From the NCBI RefSeq assembly GCF_009914755.1, contig NC_060929.1: DNA of 64,000 nucleotides; one strand, written 5' to 3'. Origin of the DNA: the human T2T-CHM13v2.0 reference genome, Homo sapiens. Both the position numbers and the translations under genes were made by a program. Under the pieces are notes generated by a model. The model saw nothing but the letters and a program-made list of their open reading frames with translations. It did no database searches and was not told where the DNA came from. Positions 1-16,514 of this stretch are shown here, one piece after another. The first letter of the stretch is position 1; each line of letters starts with the position of its first letter.

Positions 1-755
1 CACTGGCTCTGGACCCAGCCAGCCAATTCGGCACTGGCAGGAATAAACCTCACTTACTTGTACCCGCTGGGCTCAACCCCTCCCAGGAGGGAGCACAGAC
101 GTGAGCGGGTGCCGGGGCGGGGTGAGCGCTTTTGGGCTCCAGCCCCACAGCAGTGTCTAGGGATGTGTTACAATTAATGCTCTTTTAGCTTTGCCATCCA
201 CGGATGGCTTACGTGTTAAGCAGCTCAGTGAAGAGTCAGTGTGACAGCCTTTTTGGGTTCCTACACCCAGTCATCCCGAATTCTTGTCCAGCAACTGGGA
301 AGAATCAGGTTACATGAATGATTTGAAAGGTGATGAATGTGGAGGATATTATTAAGTGGTGGAAGTGACTCTCAGTGGAAGGGGAGCTGGAAAGGGAATG
401 ATGTTGGAAGAAGGTGATCTTTCCCTGAAGCCCGAACATAGTCTCTGATGTCCAGCTGCCTCTTCTCCTCTCGATATTGAAACCCTTCTTCTTTTCTCTC
501 CTTCTCTGCTGCACTGCTCTGCTGCTCTGCCAGTGGAGCTTGGGGTTTTTATGGGCACAGAGTAGGGGATGTGGGGGAGTTGGGGTTTTTATGGGCACAG
601 GGTAGGGGGTGTGGCGGGTTAAAAGGCAACATTCAGGCAGGAAAACAGGGATGTGAAGTTCTCATTTAGGGCTTCGGATCCAGGCTTGAGGGTGAAACTC
701 TTGCCAGGGACCCCGCCCTTTCTACCTGGCATTTCCCTGCCTCCTGTCCATAACA
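1..755 (-). mobile_element. ERV1 solo LTR, LTR1/LTR27/LTR28-like family, cut by the window start
   Basis: The reverse complement starts TGTTATGGACAGGAGGCAGGGAAAT...CACCCTCAAGCCTG, resembling the LTR1-group 5' end. It has a CCCATAAAAA TATA-like box and is GC-rich relative to its flanks. Confidence 0.75.
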
Positions 756-856
756 AAATGATATAAATATTAATATACTGACTTCCTCAAACTTCCACTC
801 ATTCATTTTAGTATTCACTGATGCTTGCAGGAACTAAGTATTTGTACTGTGGTAAA

Positions 857-1977
857 TTTTTTTAACTTTTATTTTAGGTTCAGGGGCACATGTGCATGTT
901 TGTTATACAGGTAAACTTGTGTCACAGTGGTTTGTTGTACATGCTATTTCATTGCCCAGGTACTAACTCTAGTACCCTATAGTTATTGTTTCTGATCCTC
1001 TCCTTTCTCCCATGCTCCACCCTCAAGTAGGCCCCAGTGTCTGTTGTTCCCTTCCTTCTGTTCATGAGTTCTCATCATTTAGCTCCCACTTGTAAGTAAG
1101 AACCTGCGATATTTGGGTCTCTATTTCTGTGTTAGTTTGCTAAGGATAATGGCCTCAAGTTCCATCCATGTTCTCACAAAATACATGATCTCATTTTTTA
1201 TGGATGCATAGTATTCCATGGTGTATATATATCACATTTTCTCTATCCAGTCTGTCACCGATGGGCATTTAGGTTGATTTCATGTCTTTGTTATTGTGAA
1301 TTGTGCTGCAATGAATATTCACATGTATGTTTCTTTATGGTAGAATGATGTATATTTATCAGGGTATATTCCCAGTAATGGAATTGCTGTGTTGAGTGGT
1401 AGTTTTATTTTCAGCTTTTTGAAGAATTACCACACTGTTTTCCACAGCTGGTGAACAAACTTACACACGCAGTAACATGTTCCCTTTTCTCCACAACCTC
1501 AACAGCATCTGTTATTTTTTGAATCTTTAATAATAGCTATTCTGACTGGTAGTGGATAGTATCTCATTGTGATTTTGATTTTCATTTCTCTAATGATAAG
1601 TTACATTGAGCTTTTCATCATATGCTTGTTGGCTACATGTATATCTTTTTATTGAATAGTGCCTGTTTATATCTTTTGCCCACTGTTTAATGGGGTTGTT
1701 TTTCTTTTTCTTATAAATTTAAGTCACTTATAGATGCTAGATATAGAATGTTTTCAGATACATAGTTTGCAAATATTTTCTCCCATTCTGTAGGTTGTCT
1801 GTTTACTCTGTTGACAGTATTTTGCTGCACAGAAGCTCTTAAATTTAATTAAATCCCATTTGTAAATTTTTGCTTTTGTTGCAAGTACTTTTTGCATCTT
1901 CATCATGAAAACTAAAAAGGAATTAAAAACTTAAATTTAAATTCCTAAACTATAAAAACCCTGGAAGACAACCTAGG
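857..1977 (-). mobile_element. 5'-truncated, 5'-inverted older L1PA (L1PA13-16-like)
   Basis: T-tract, then antisense 3' UTR/ORF2 end to ~1910, then a sense ORF2 piece (aaactataaaaaccctggaagacaacctagg) to 1977. Degenerate TSD ggtaaatttt / ggtgattttt. Confidence 0.85.
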
Positions 1978-2361
1978 TGATTTTTAAAAAATTACTCATA
2001 TTATCTTCTATATTTACTAGTTGCCCTTCTACTGTAAGGAAGAACTTTTTCTTTCCTCTTGTTAATTAATTCATTCATAGTAGTGTGAAATCAAGAATTC
2101 CTATCATAATAGATTACATGCCATTATCATGATATATTTTAATGCTAAATCACCATAGATTTGGTCAATGGGAGATCCTTCAAGCTATCTCCTGTGTCTC
2201 TCTTACATACCCATATGAGTCTTGAACATTTTCTTACTTTTTAGCATAGTCTATTACAGGCATTTCCTTACTTTAGGCACAAAATATTGCAGCTTCATCT
2301 TTGTTTTCTCTGTCCCATTCCTTGAGGAGCCCAGTTTTTGTTTGTTTTTTTTTAGTGGAAA

Positions 2362-2820
2362 TGAAACCAACCCAATAATCCTATAGATAGTTTTTTTGAC
2401 AAACATAGAAATCGACACTTCTGGTCTTAAAGCTTGAGGGTTACATTGGTTTTATCTCAGTCCCTTCCATAGGAAATCACCTTCAGTTCTCTCAAAAAGC
2501 ATCAAAGAATTGAAACTTATCCGATCACCACATTCGGACGATGAGATGCAGGACCCCTCATTAATCATGATTGCTTCCTTGCCCCTCCCTAGTTTCTATT
2601 TTCATACACATTATTACATTTCTTCTCTGCTATGTAAACCTCTATTTTTATTTGTTCAGGTAGATGGATTTGAGATTGAGTTCCCATCTCCTTGGCTGCA
2701 ACACCTGATTAAAGCCTTCTGTCTCAGCAATACTCATTGTTTCAGTCATTGTCTTTCTGTGTGGCAATTCTGTAGTGGCGAGTAGTGGACCTAGACCACA
2801 CCCCTGGTGTTTTGGTAACA
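2362..2820 (+). mobile_element. Solo LTR, LTR47-like
   Basis: TG...CA termini (tgaaacc...ggtaaca), 4-bp TSD gaaa at 2358-2361 and 2821-2824, and an attaaa polyA-like signal near 2708. Confidence 0.75.
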
Positions 2821-3429
2821 GAAATGTTAACTCGGATTAGATATTGCCCTGAGGTATTGCCATTGCTCCTAAGGTTTCATTGTTTCTGAGCCTTCTTATT
2901 AGACAGAGCTAAGGAAAAACTTACATATCCATCCATCCATACATACACACATTTGTATATCTGTATCTTCATGCCCAACTATCTACCCACCCAGCTACTT
3001 ACCTATCCATCTAGCTTATAAGCAATATATTTAACACCCCAGAGTTCATTCTATTTTTCTACTTTACCATATGTGTAACTTTCTTCTCTGTTTATTGAAA
3101 ACCTGACTCCCATTATTCTCATTATACTTTTTTTAAAAGCTGCAAAAAAACTTTCCTTAATATTTCTTTATAGCTTTCCTTTTTCTTTTAAGAATATACA
3201 ACCAAACATTTCCATTCAAGATATTTGGACTAGTTTTTCTTCCTTCTTCTTTTGGTATGCATGTGTTAATCTTTTCAAATAATATTTAAAAATGGTATTT
3301 ATTTTTTTCTGCTTGTATCAAATTTAGGATTTTCTCCATTTTTATTGATTTTTCAGGTATTATAGTAAAAGTCAAAATTATCCAAAAAAAGACACAGATC
3401 ATGCTTGTGTCTATAACAAAGTAACAGGA

Positions 3430-4620
3430 ACAAAATTTATCTTCATTTGCTAAGCAACAAGAATCCTGGTCAAAATACATGAAAGAACAGTTTTTGGACA
3501 TTAGAAAATAGAAAGTGCAGGACAGTGACATCTGAGAAAAAGGAGATAGATGAGGTGATCCTTATGCTATCTTCCAGGATACAATGCAGACTGAGTCTAG
3601 TAGTTAGACTGAGTTAAGGAGATGTAACTGGGTGTTTGAGAATACTGTCAGCTAGAATATGTGGGACAAAATAACAAAGAGAAAACTTCCCAGATAAGTC
3701 ATATTTTCCTGCTTCCTGCTTCCTGATTTTATCTAGTTGGGTGCTCAAAATACTGCATTTCTATACATATACACATATAGGTTTTGTTCTGAGAAGCAGT
3801 TAAATTACTTGAAAATAGGTATATCTTTCAGGTCTTACTTTTGAGATTTGTTAAGCAGGACCAGTCTATGACCAATTATTCTCTATTTCTGAGGAAAGTC
3901 CTTTTTGAATACTTTACCACTAGAAAATTGATCATTGAAACATATGGCTGGTGAGATAGGTAATTTTCAAGGTCCTCTGTGAGCAATGGATATTGTTACT
4001 TCTAATCTTTTTAATGGCTCTTTCTTCAGCCTCCAATGGTTTCCTTACATGCATGTGCTGATCATCAGTTAACTAAATACAAAAGTGGGACCCTATGCAG
4101 ACCTCTGAGGTTCATTCTCTGAATAAGCTCTGTCTCTGGTACTCTTGTCCCAATAATTTGGGCTCCCTTGTTTCTCTGGATTCCCAGCTCTGTTCTCCCA
4201 CATTCGCTAGGCTTCAGTTGGGCTCCCCTACCCTGCACCATTACTGGACACTCTATAAAGTGGGTCTATTCCAGTGTTCTCTTCATTTGTTCTCCATCAC
4301 ACAGGTATCACTGTCTTTTGTTGCCTAATGTGCAGTGTCTTGCTTTCTGTTGCGTTTTGTTTGCTTTTTGGTTGTTTTGGAAGGAAGAGTGCATCCAGTC
4401 CTTTTTAGTTCACCAGCTTATGTGCCATCTGGCATCATCTGCCTCAAGTAATCCAATGTTAGGATCTGGTTTCTCCCTGAAATCTCCAGTTTCCGCATTT
4501 CAGGTTAGTTGTTTTTCCTGTGATCTCCGATTTCTGATTGGTACTGGAAAGTCATTAAATTGAAATTTTCCCAGTGGGGAAAACTCTTCCTAGCTTTCTA
4601 CATTTAATAATTGAAAACAG
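3430..4620. mobile_element. Degraded old L1M 5'-region fragments, probably in mixed orientation
   Basis: Loose resemblance to L1M/L1ME 5' sequences; no ORF. Confidence 0.35.
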
Positions 4621-5408
4621 AAATCTCTAATCATTTTTTTTCTTAGATAGGAATATCAAAACAACTGTTAAATGAAAAAAAATAGTGATTTCTTTAAAAA
4701 GATAACAGTCTTTCTCTCTGTTCTCCTGGAGAAAAACAAGGTATCTAACACTGGCTAAATCCATCCTCTTATTCTCACATCTTGGAAAAGTACTGTAGAG
4801 CTAATAGAAATTCAAAAAAAGTTAGTTATGCCAGTAAGTCATGCAAAGTGCTTAATTTGTTCCAATTGCAAATAACTCAGAGTGTGACAGCATTTCCACA
4901 GGTATCATGTCAGCCCAAGATAAAGATATTTGCCTTTTAATTTAATGGGCTGCTGGAGTTTATTAAACTTTGCAATATGCCAGCTTATTCCATTTAGTGA
5001 ATAATTACTTTAAAGGATTTTTTTTCCTGAGAATAATAAAAACAATATTAACACTATTAAGTACTATTTTTAAAATGTTATTTTAGAACAACTACTTCAA
5101 GGCCAATAAAAAAGGCAAGGGTTAAACTGGTTATGAATAGTAGAACAGCAATTCCTATTATGCAATTGTCTCCCACTCCTTCTAATTAAATTGCCAGGAA
5201 GATAAAAGAAAACGTAAAAGCAGATTTGTAGCATCCTTGGAAACTTAATTGACAACCACATGATAATTCTCAGAAAAAATTTCTTTAACTCCAATGTCAT
5301 TGTACTTGGGTTAATATATATGTAATCTCCAAATATTATTATATAAAAATCAGATGTATATCTGGGTCCATTTTATTATAGTCATTGAGAAATAATAAAA
5401 AAAAAAAT

Positions 5409-5705
5409 GGCCATGCCTGTAATCCTAGCACTTTGAGAGGCAGAGGTGGGTGGATCACCTGAGCTCAGGAGTTTGAGACCAGCCAGAGCAACATGGTGAA
5501 ACCCTGTCTCTACAAATTATACAAAAATTAGCCAGGCATGGTGGTGCAGGCCTGTGGTTCCAGTCACTCTGGAAGCTCAGGTGGGAGGATTGCTTGAGCC
5601 TGAGAGGCACAGGTTGCAGTGAACAGAGAGCTTGTCACTGAACTCCAGCTTGGGCAACAGAGTGAGATCCTGTCTCAAGATAGAAAAAAAGAAAAGAAAA
5701 AAAGA
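5409..5705 (+). mobile_element. AluJ-type SINE with a small 5' deletion
   Basis: Dimeric Alu: cctgtaatcctagcactttg...gagtttgagacc, A-rich linker, A-rich tail. Confidence 0.93.
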
Positions 5706-5816
5706 AATAGTAAAATTTATATTATATGTAAGTGGAAATGTTACTTGGCCCATTTAATATGTTTTTGTGCGTTCACTTTTAAAATAGAGAAACATTCAAT
5801 TATATGTAATTAATAA

Positions 5817-6139
<323 letters not shown>

Positions 6140-7097
6140 TATTTTTCTTCTAATATGATAAATTTGTGAATCATAAAAATATAATATCTCATATACAATC
6201 ATATGAATTATATGTGTCTAAATACTTTATTTCAACTAAATATATGCTTATTATAAACTTAGTAGCGATAAGGCTGTTCTTTTGTTTTAATTCATTTTTT
6301 GTAATTCTTTGGTTATCATGCTTTTTGCTACAAGCGCATTTTGTAGTTTTAATCAAAAACAGTTGTTTTGCAATGCTCATTTATCTTATTGTTCTTTGTT
6401 TTTTAAATAGTGTCTTTGGCTGATTTCTTAATATTTAAGTAGCTAATTCACAGTCACCTTTCTTTTTCTTTTACTGATTTCATGGTGTTTCCGTGCTGTA
6501 ATTGTAGAGGTGAATCAATTTTACTGAGATAGACAGTAGTTAAACAGAATAAGTGAAGCAATGAAAAAGGCCTCCAGGTCTTTCAAATAGTTTTTCCAAC
6601 ATGTGTTACAGTAATTTATAGAGCAATATTAGCAGGCTTTAAATGGCAAATACAGCATTTCATCAGCTTTCCATTTTAATATTTTTATGTGTGATGGAAT
6701 TTGCTTTCATACTGTGTTCTTGTTATAGCCTTTATTTTCTGTTTTTCTCATTTCTTTAATGTGATTATGCAGATTTCAAAACTCACCAAAGGAAAATGCA
6801 GAAAAAGAGTGCTTAAGAATCGTGCAAACTATAGGCCAAGAAAGAGTATTTTCTAGCTTGATACTTCCTCTGTAAGGAAAATATCATTAAAATAACTTCG
6901 TTAATTTTGAAGATTTTGAAAGTTTAAATAATTTATTAAAGTATTATTAAACTTCAGATCTCTTATGAAATGGACTGTCTTCCCTATTTTCTTGTATCTC
7001 TCCATAAAATTTTTACTGACTAGTTACTGGAATACCTTTTTTTTTGTAAAATCAATTTTAAAAATCAATTTTTTGTAAAATCAATTTGAAAAAAGCA

Positions 7098-7299
7098 TTT
7101 TTTTCAAAAATATAGTCTTGCTCTGTCACCCAAGCTAGAGTGTAGTGGTGCAAACATGGCTCCCCATATCCTCGACCTCCTGGGCTGAAGCAACCCTCCC
7201 ACCTCAGCCTCCCGAATAGCTAGGACTACAGGTGCACACCACATGCCCAGATAATTTTTTTTGGATGGGTAGAGACAGGGTTTTACCATGTTGCCCAAG
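7098..7299 (-). mobile_element. 5'-truncated AluJ
   Basis: gtcttgctctgtcacccaagctagagtg...gagacagggttttaccatgttgccca. Confidence 0.88.
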
Positions 7300-8762
7300 G
7301 TAAGACCATTCTTTATTAGATGAAATTTTACATTAAAAAAGTATTTTGTGTTTTTATCTTAATTCTAATTTAGAATCATGATTCTGCTATGGTTGAGGAG
7401 AGTTACTTAGAACAAATGAACTTATCTGAAGCAAGCTTAGTTTCTTTAGGTTCCAAATATAGATGATAAAATCAACTGCAATGGATGAGGCAAATTAAAT
7501 GAGTTAGTGTATGTTAGGGCCCAGCATTATACTTTGAATGCTATAGTTCAAGAAAAATTACTTATTCATCTCTCTCCTCAATTTTTTTCTCCATGATTTT
7601 GCATGATATAAAAATCCAGGCTCATATTTTCAGTGAGAAAAAAAAAAAACTGGTCATTCTTTCTCCTCTTATGGTCCGTTTGATTCAGTCTATTCAAAAG
7701 TGTCCATTGCAATGCCTTTGTTGACCGTGCATGCTTTTCCTGGTATGTCCTTATCCTTCAACGAAATCCCGATCCCTTCCAAGTTCATGTTTCCTCCATG
7801 AATCATTTTTAGTACCTTGAAATACCTATCAGCAAATTTAGAGTTTATTGCAACATAGGTTTTTAACAGGTGAGTCATTTTACCTTATATCATAGTAGTT
7901 AAGTTTTAATATGCATATTTTATATTAAAGATAGTACATCAATAATACGTTTTGTTAAAAGAGCAGTTAAGTGACTGATTTATTTTAATACTTTAGTGTC
8001 TTGTAGGTCTATTCACTGCTAAGTGGATAAGGCCTTTATTTTCAGTACTTATTGCTCTGCACAAAACCATTTCTTTATCTTCTACATTATAGGATGCTTT
8101 CACTCCTTAAGAGCAACAGTTTGAATTATAGTATAGTTTAAGTCATCGGATGCAAAATAAATCTTAGTAACCACAAATTTTAGAAGGGACAATAGGGAAT
8201 AGGCGGTCAATCTTCCCAATGTTCCAGAGTGGGACAATAATGATATGCCTTCCATTCTGCCCCAGGAAAACTACAAAACATGTTGGCTTACATTCCGGTA
8301 CTTACCAAGAGGCAAGGCATGGCAACTGATGAATAATTGCAGCTTGTTTTCTGTACATGTACAGTAGTATGCAAGTGTATAGTCAAGTTATTTCATACTA
8401 ACTTTAGAATTATATATGACTTTTTGATCAGGAAACATGAATTTAATTGTTCATTCATTCACTGTCTTCTGAAATTCTCTAACAATGTATTTATATTCAT
8501 CTGGTTTTTGTTTTTTAATCTACCCCAATGCTACCTCAAATTCATCTTTTTCAGATCTGTGAAAAAGATAGAAGACATCTAATTATCATCACTAATGGTT
8601 TTCATCATTCTTTTCTTTTCTATTACTTTTTTATCCTTTTCTAGACATTTCCTATTAAATCACTCTGCACACCCAGATCACCCAGATTTCCTATGTCTCT
8701 CTATAGGAAATCACTGTATTTCAGATTTGTTACTCAAAACTCTCTAATTTTTAAATAAATAA

Positions 8763-9410
8763 TGTCTTAGTTTAGGCTACCCAGAAGCAGATCTTAGGTC
8801 GAATTTTATTAAACATGTTTTGTTTTTTCTTTTTTTGCAGGGTGCAGGGAAAGTGATTCAAGGAAAAATCAATGGGATAGTGGGGAAGAATGACAAGGAA
8901 CAGAAAGAAGCCAGCTCAGGGATATTATTAGAGCTAATTCAGGGAGGAACTCTGGGAGAAATAAACTTACCTTGAAGTTAAGCCAATCAAGGTACCGGAA
9001 GTTGATTTATGTGTTCATTCACTCCCACCAGTCATTAGTTGAACATTACTTCTAAGGGCAATATCTGTTTAAAACTTTTGACTTGTTTTGATTAAAAATA
9101 AGAGACTGGGCATGGTGGCACTATAATCCTAGTGATTTGGGAGGCCAAGGAAGGAGAATCTCTTGAGGCCAGGAATTTGAGGCTGCAGTGAACTCTGGTT
9201 GCCACTGTACTCCAGCCTGTGTGACAGAGTAAGAAGCTGTCTCTAAAAGAAAAAAAAATTAAAAAAAGAAAGTAAGAAAATAAGTGGGTTCCTGTGGCAA
9301 AAAAATTTTAAAGTTTTCTCAGACAGAGAATGTAAATGTTCTCTTAGCAACCTTCATTGTAAAAATATGAAGGCAGAGGGCGTATGGACAGGGCAACAGC
9401 ATTTGTTATA
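8763..9410. mobile_element. Old MaLR LTR (MLT1K/L-like) interrupted by an Alu monomer
   Basis: Starts tgtcttagtttaggctacccagaagcaga, typical of old MLT1 termini; highly diverged. Confidence 0.45.
9103..9276 (+). mobile_element. Alu monomer (FRAM/AluJ right arm)
   Basis: Single Alu arm with A-tail; candidate TSD aaaataag on both sides. Confidence 0.85.
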
Positions 9411-9680
9411 ATATCTGTTTGCTACTTACTGATCATGTGGCATATACAAAATCTTCAAACTTTTTAGATTATAAACAATAAACAAGACATGAATATTGAA
9501 GGGTTAATTGACAATACTGAATACTATAAAGATTTTCATAAAAAAGACATGCATCAGTATAAAATAAAATGTACAGATAAATTTTTTATGTTCAAAGATG
9601 AGACATTATAGGTGAAAAAAGTAGTAAAAGTAAGAAAATGTAAGATAACATTTGAATAAAGTGTTGAATTTAGGTAGATA

Positions 9681-9790
9681 AGTGTTTCTCAATCTCTACA
9701 ATACTGACATATGGGCTGAATAACACTTTATAGTGAGGGATATCCAGTGCTTAGTAGAATAATTAGCAGCATCCTCAGCATTTACCCACA
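9681..9790. mobile_element. MER20 (hAT-Charlie) fragment
   Basis: agtgtttctcaatctc...actgacatatgggctgaataa...tagcagcatcc resembles one end of MER20. Confidence 0.7.
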
Positions 9791-10609
9791 ATTTACTGCC
9801 AACTGAGTTAGCAGAAAATATCCTGATTTTGGTCCTAGGCCGAAAGTATGTGAAAAATTAAGCAAAAATATAAAAATAAAGGAAATTTTTAAAACAATTT
9901 AAGGTGTCTTAAAAAAGTGAAACTGCAAACTTTATACTTTTGGACAAAAATGGACATGAACACGATTTGCTTTTGTGAGATCATTTTAGTTCAGAATGAT
10001 TTACGCTGTAAATGTATTTTGAATCTGACTATTACACTGTCTTCTTTAAATAGGTTAAATTATTTGCCCTTTTTTTTCCATATTGGAAGGTGACACCATC
10101 ACTTCTGTGTTTCATTGTGTTTCATTACATACTTATAGGTTTTTTGGTTGAAGGATTTAGTACTGAGCCAAATTTAGGTCACATATGAAAAATATTCCAC
10201 AGGGAAGAAAACATCCTAAAATCCCGTTTGTAATAAAATTTACATTTTGAACATTTCATTTTTATTTGCTACCACGTAACTTGCTACAGATGTTTTTGTA
10301 CCAGAAATTATAATATGAAGCATAATTTTATATTTCAGTATAATTCGCTTTTATAAATCTATTGGAAAGAAACTGTGCTAAAACTGAATACAACTCTAAC
10401 AAACAAAACTGTATTTATGTGAATTTAAACATCAGTTTTTGAAATATGTCCAAAAATACAAAAGACATTATCATAATATGGTAGTCAACTATCAAAACTA
10501 CTACATTCAAGAATAAATTGAGAAAAAAAAACTTAGAAAAATAGTTAATATTTAGGAGAATATGTGAGAGAAATACTTTTGTTCTAATAACATATGAAAC
10601 TATTATATA

Positions 10610-11901
10610 CAGGTGCTTCTCAACTTACAGTGGGTATCATCCCAATGATAGTTACAGATATCAAATGCCTAGGCAAATAAGGATAGGTACCTGGTGAAAC
10701 CCCACCTCCAAGCCAAAGTCTAAAGATGGAAATCCAAGCTACAAGTTAAATCCTCGGACTGGATTGAGAACTTGTCTTCCTGTTTGGCACACTTTCTTCT
10801 AATTGATCCCAACCCTTCACCTATTTTACATGTACCTACCCTTTCCTAATCTTTTTTCTACACTGTTGTGCTCACCGTTGAGTGATGCCTTCACTTTAAT
10901 CTTTTTTTCATTCTCACAAACCAATCAACACACATTCCCCATCCTATGCCTATAAAGACCCCAGATTCAGTTGGTAGAGGAGAGAGATGGCCTGATTTAG
11001 AGGAAGAGACAACCTGAATTTGAGGAAGATAACCTGCCTTTCCCATTGCCTCTCCAGCTTCCCTCTCTGCTGAGAACTGTTTTCATCATTCCATAAAATT
11101 CCCCACCTTCACCATCCTTATATCATTCATGTGACCTCACTATTCTTGAATGCTGGACAAGAGCTCAGGACCATTGAGCACAGGTTCCCAGAAAGGCTGT
11201 CATACCCGCCCTTTGTCCTTGCCATCAGAGGGCAGCTGCCCCACTTGATGAGGCAAGGGGCCAACTGAGCTGCTAACAGGCTGCCATATGCAGATGGTGG
11301 AACTAAAGGAGGACTGTAACACCCCTTCTGGGGCTTCGGTGTGGCGGCACCCTCACCTAGGCACTGCCACATTCCCCTTGAGGCAACATGCCTGGTCTGG
11401 CCACAGGTCCCACACGGAGCTTCCTCCTATGTTGGCGCCTGGAGTGGGTGGCCAGATCTCACACTCGCTCATTCATGTGTTCCCTCCTGCAAGGGGTTGA
11501 GTACAGCAGGCCAAGTAGATGGGGTGCCCCTTCCACGGGTTCAGCGAAGGGGCTGAGAAAAATCCTGCATCACCAATAAACCCATTCTAAGTTGAAAATC
11601 TCATAAGTTGCAAATGTACTGAATACACTTATCCTGTGAAAAATCATTGCTTAGCTTAACTTACCATAAATGTGCTCAGAACACTTACATTAACAAAGAG
11701 TTGGGCAACATAATATGAGAAACCCTATTTTATAACAAATTGTTGAATAATTCATATAATTTATGAATATGGTACTGAAAGTGAAAAACAGAACAATTAT
11801 ATGGATATTCAAAGAATGGTTTTTAATAAATATGTGTCACTTTGGCACTATCATACAGTTGAAAAATTTTAAGTAAAAGCATCATAAGCCTGGGACTTGC
11901 T
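10610..11901. mobile_element. MER47A (TcMar-Tigger MITE) split by an LTR; pieces at 10610-10645 and 11573-11901
   Basis: ta|caggtgcttctcaacttac TIR; the body gtgctcagaacacttacatt...gtactgaaagtgaaaaacag follows the recalled MER47A consensus and rejoins across the LTR. Confidence 0.85.
10646..11572 (+). mobile_element. ERV1 solo LTR, LTR27/LTR28/LTR1-like, 927 bp
   Basis: TGAT...ATCA termini, 4-bp TSD ccaa (10642-10645, 11573-11576), CCAAT at 10921 and cctataaa near 10950. Confidence 0.85.
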
Positions 11902-12169
11902 CATTTCATTTTAATATTTGTATATTCCAGCCCCTAATGTTCTTTCTTCAAAAGAAGCTAAAAAGTAATATAGAAATAATGTTGTGTTTATTCAGAGAAA
12001 ATTGCTAAATCCATGAAACTGAAAACTTCAACTCTTATAAAAAGAAATTTTACATGGAAATCTTTTACAATTTGAAATATAATTTAACATTTAGTTTATT
12101 TTATAATGACAAGAAATCATGATAGACTCCTTGAATTTCTATTTACTTTTATTTGCTTTAAAGAAAAGG

Positions 12170-12202
12170 TTTTTGGAGACAGAGTCTTATTCTGTCGCCC
12201 AG
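12170..12202 (-). mobile_element. 3' tip of an AluJ/FRAM arm split by THE1
   Basis: ttttggagacagagtcttattctgtcgcccag continues as ctggagtacagtgg at ~17630. Confidence 0.8.
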
Positions 12203-13334
12203 TGTATTAGTCTGTTTTCATGCTGCTGATAAGACATACCTGAGATTGAGCAATTCACAAAAGAAAGAGGTTTAATGGACTTACAGTTCTGCATGGCTGG
12301 GGAAGCCTCACAATCATGATAGAAGGCAAGGAGGAGCAAGTCATGACTTACATGGATGGCCACAGGCAAAAAGAGCCAAGAGAAAGGGGTTTCTCCTTAT
12401 AAAACCATCATATCTTGTGAGACTTATTCACTACCACCATGAGAACAGTATGAAAGAAACTGGCCTCATGATTTGATATTCTCCCATTGAGTCCCTCCCA
12501 CAACACTTGGGAATCATGGGAGTATGATTAAAAATGAGATTTGGGTGGGAACACAGAGCCAAAACATATCATTCCACCCCTGGTCCCTCCCAAATCTCAT
12601 GGTCCTCATATTTCAAAACTAATTATGCCTCACCAACAGTTCCCCAAAGTCTTAACTTATTTCAGCGTTAACTCAAAAGTCCACAATCCAAAGTCTCATC
12701 TGAGACAAGGCAAGTCCCTTCCACTCATGAGCCTGTAAAATCCAAGCAAGTTAGTTATTTCCTAGATACGGGGGTGGGGGAGTGGGGGGAGGGTGCAGGC
12801 ATTGGGTAAATACAGCTATTCCAAATGGGAGGAATTGGCCAAAACAAAGAGGGTACAGGCCCCATGCAAGTCCAAAATCCAGTGAGGCAGTCAAATCTTA
12901 AAACTCCAAAGTGATCTCCTTTGACTCCATGTCCCACATCCAAGTCATGCTGATGCAAGAGGGGGGTTCCCATGGTCTTGGGCAGCTCCACCACTGTGGC
13001 TTTGCAGGGCATAGCCTCTCTCCTGGCTGCTTTCACAGGATGGTATGGAGTGTCTGTGGTTATTCCAGGTACATGATGCAAGCTGTCAGTGGATCTATCA
13101 TTCAGGGGTCTGGAGGACAGCGGCTGGTCCTCTTCTCACAGTTCTACTAGGTACAGCCCCAGTAGGGACTCTGTATGGGGGCTCTTGATGCCACATTTCC
13201 CTTCTGCACTGTCCTAGCCAAGGTTCTCCATGAGGGCCCTGCCCCTGCAGCAAACTTCTGCCTGGCCATCCAGGCATTATCATATATTCTCTGAAATCAG
13301 GGTGGAGGTTACCAAACCTCACTTCCTGACTTCT

Positions 13335-16514
<3,180 letters not shown>

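Larger units (their letters stand above)
756..3300 (-). mobile_element. Old L1MC4/L1MC5-like 3' region, interrupted by the L1PA at 857-1977 and the LTR at 2362-2820
   Basis: Segments such as ttctactgtaaggaagaactttt and ggtcaatgggagatccttcaagct resemble L1MC 3' UTR, and the sequence resumes across both insertions. Confidence 0.5.
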
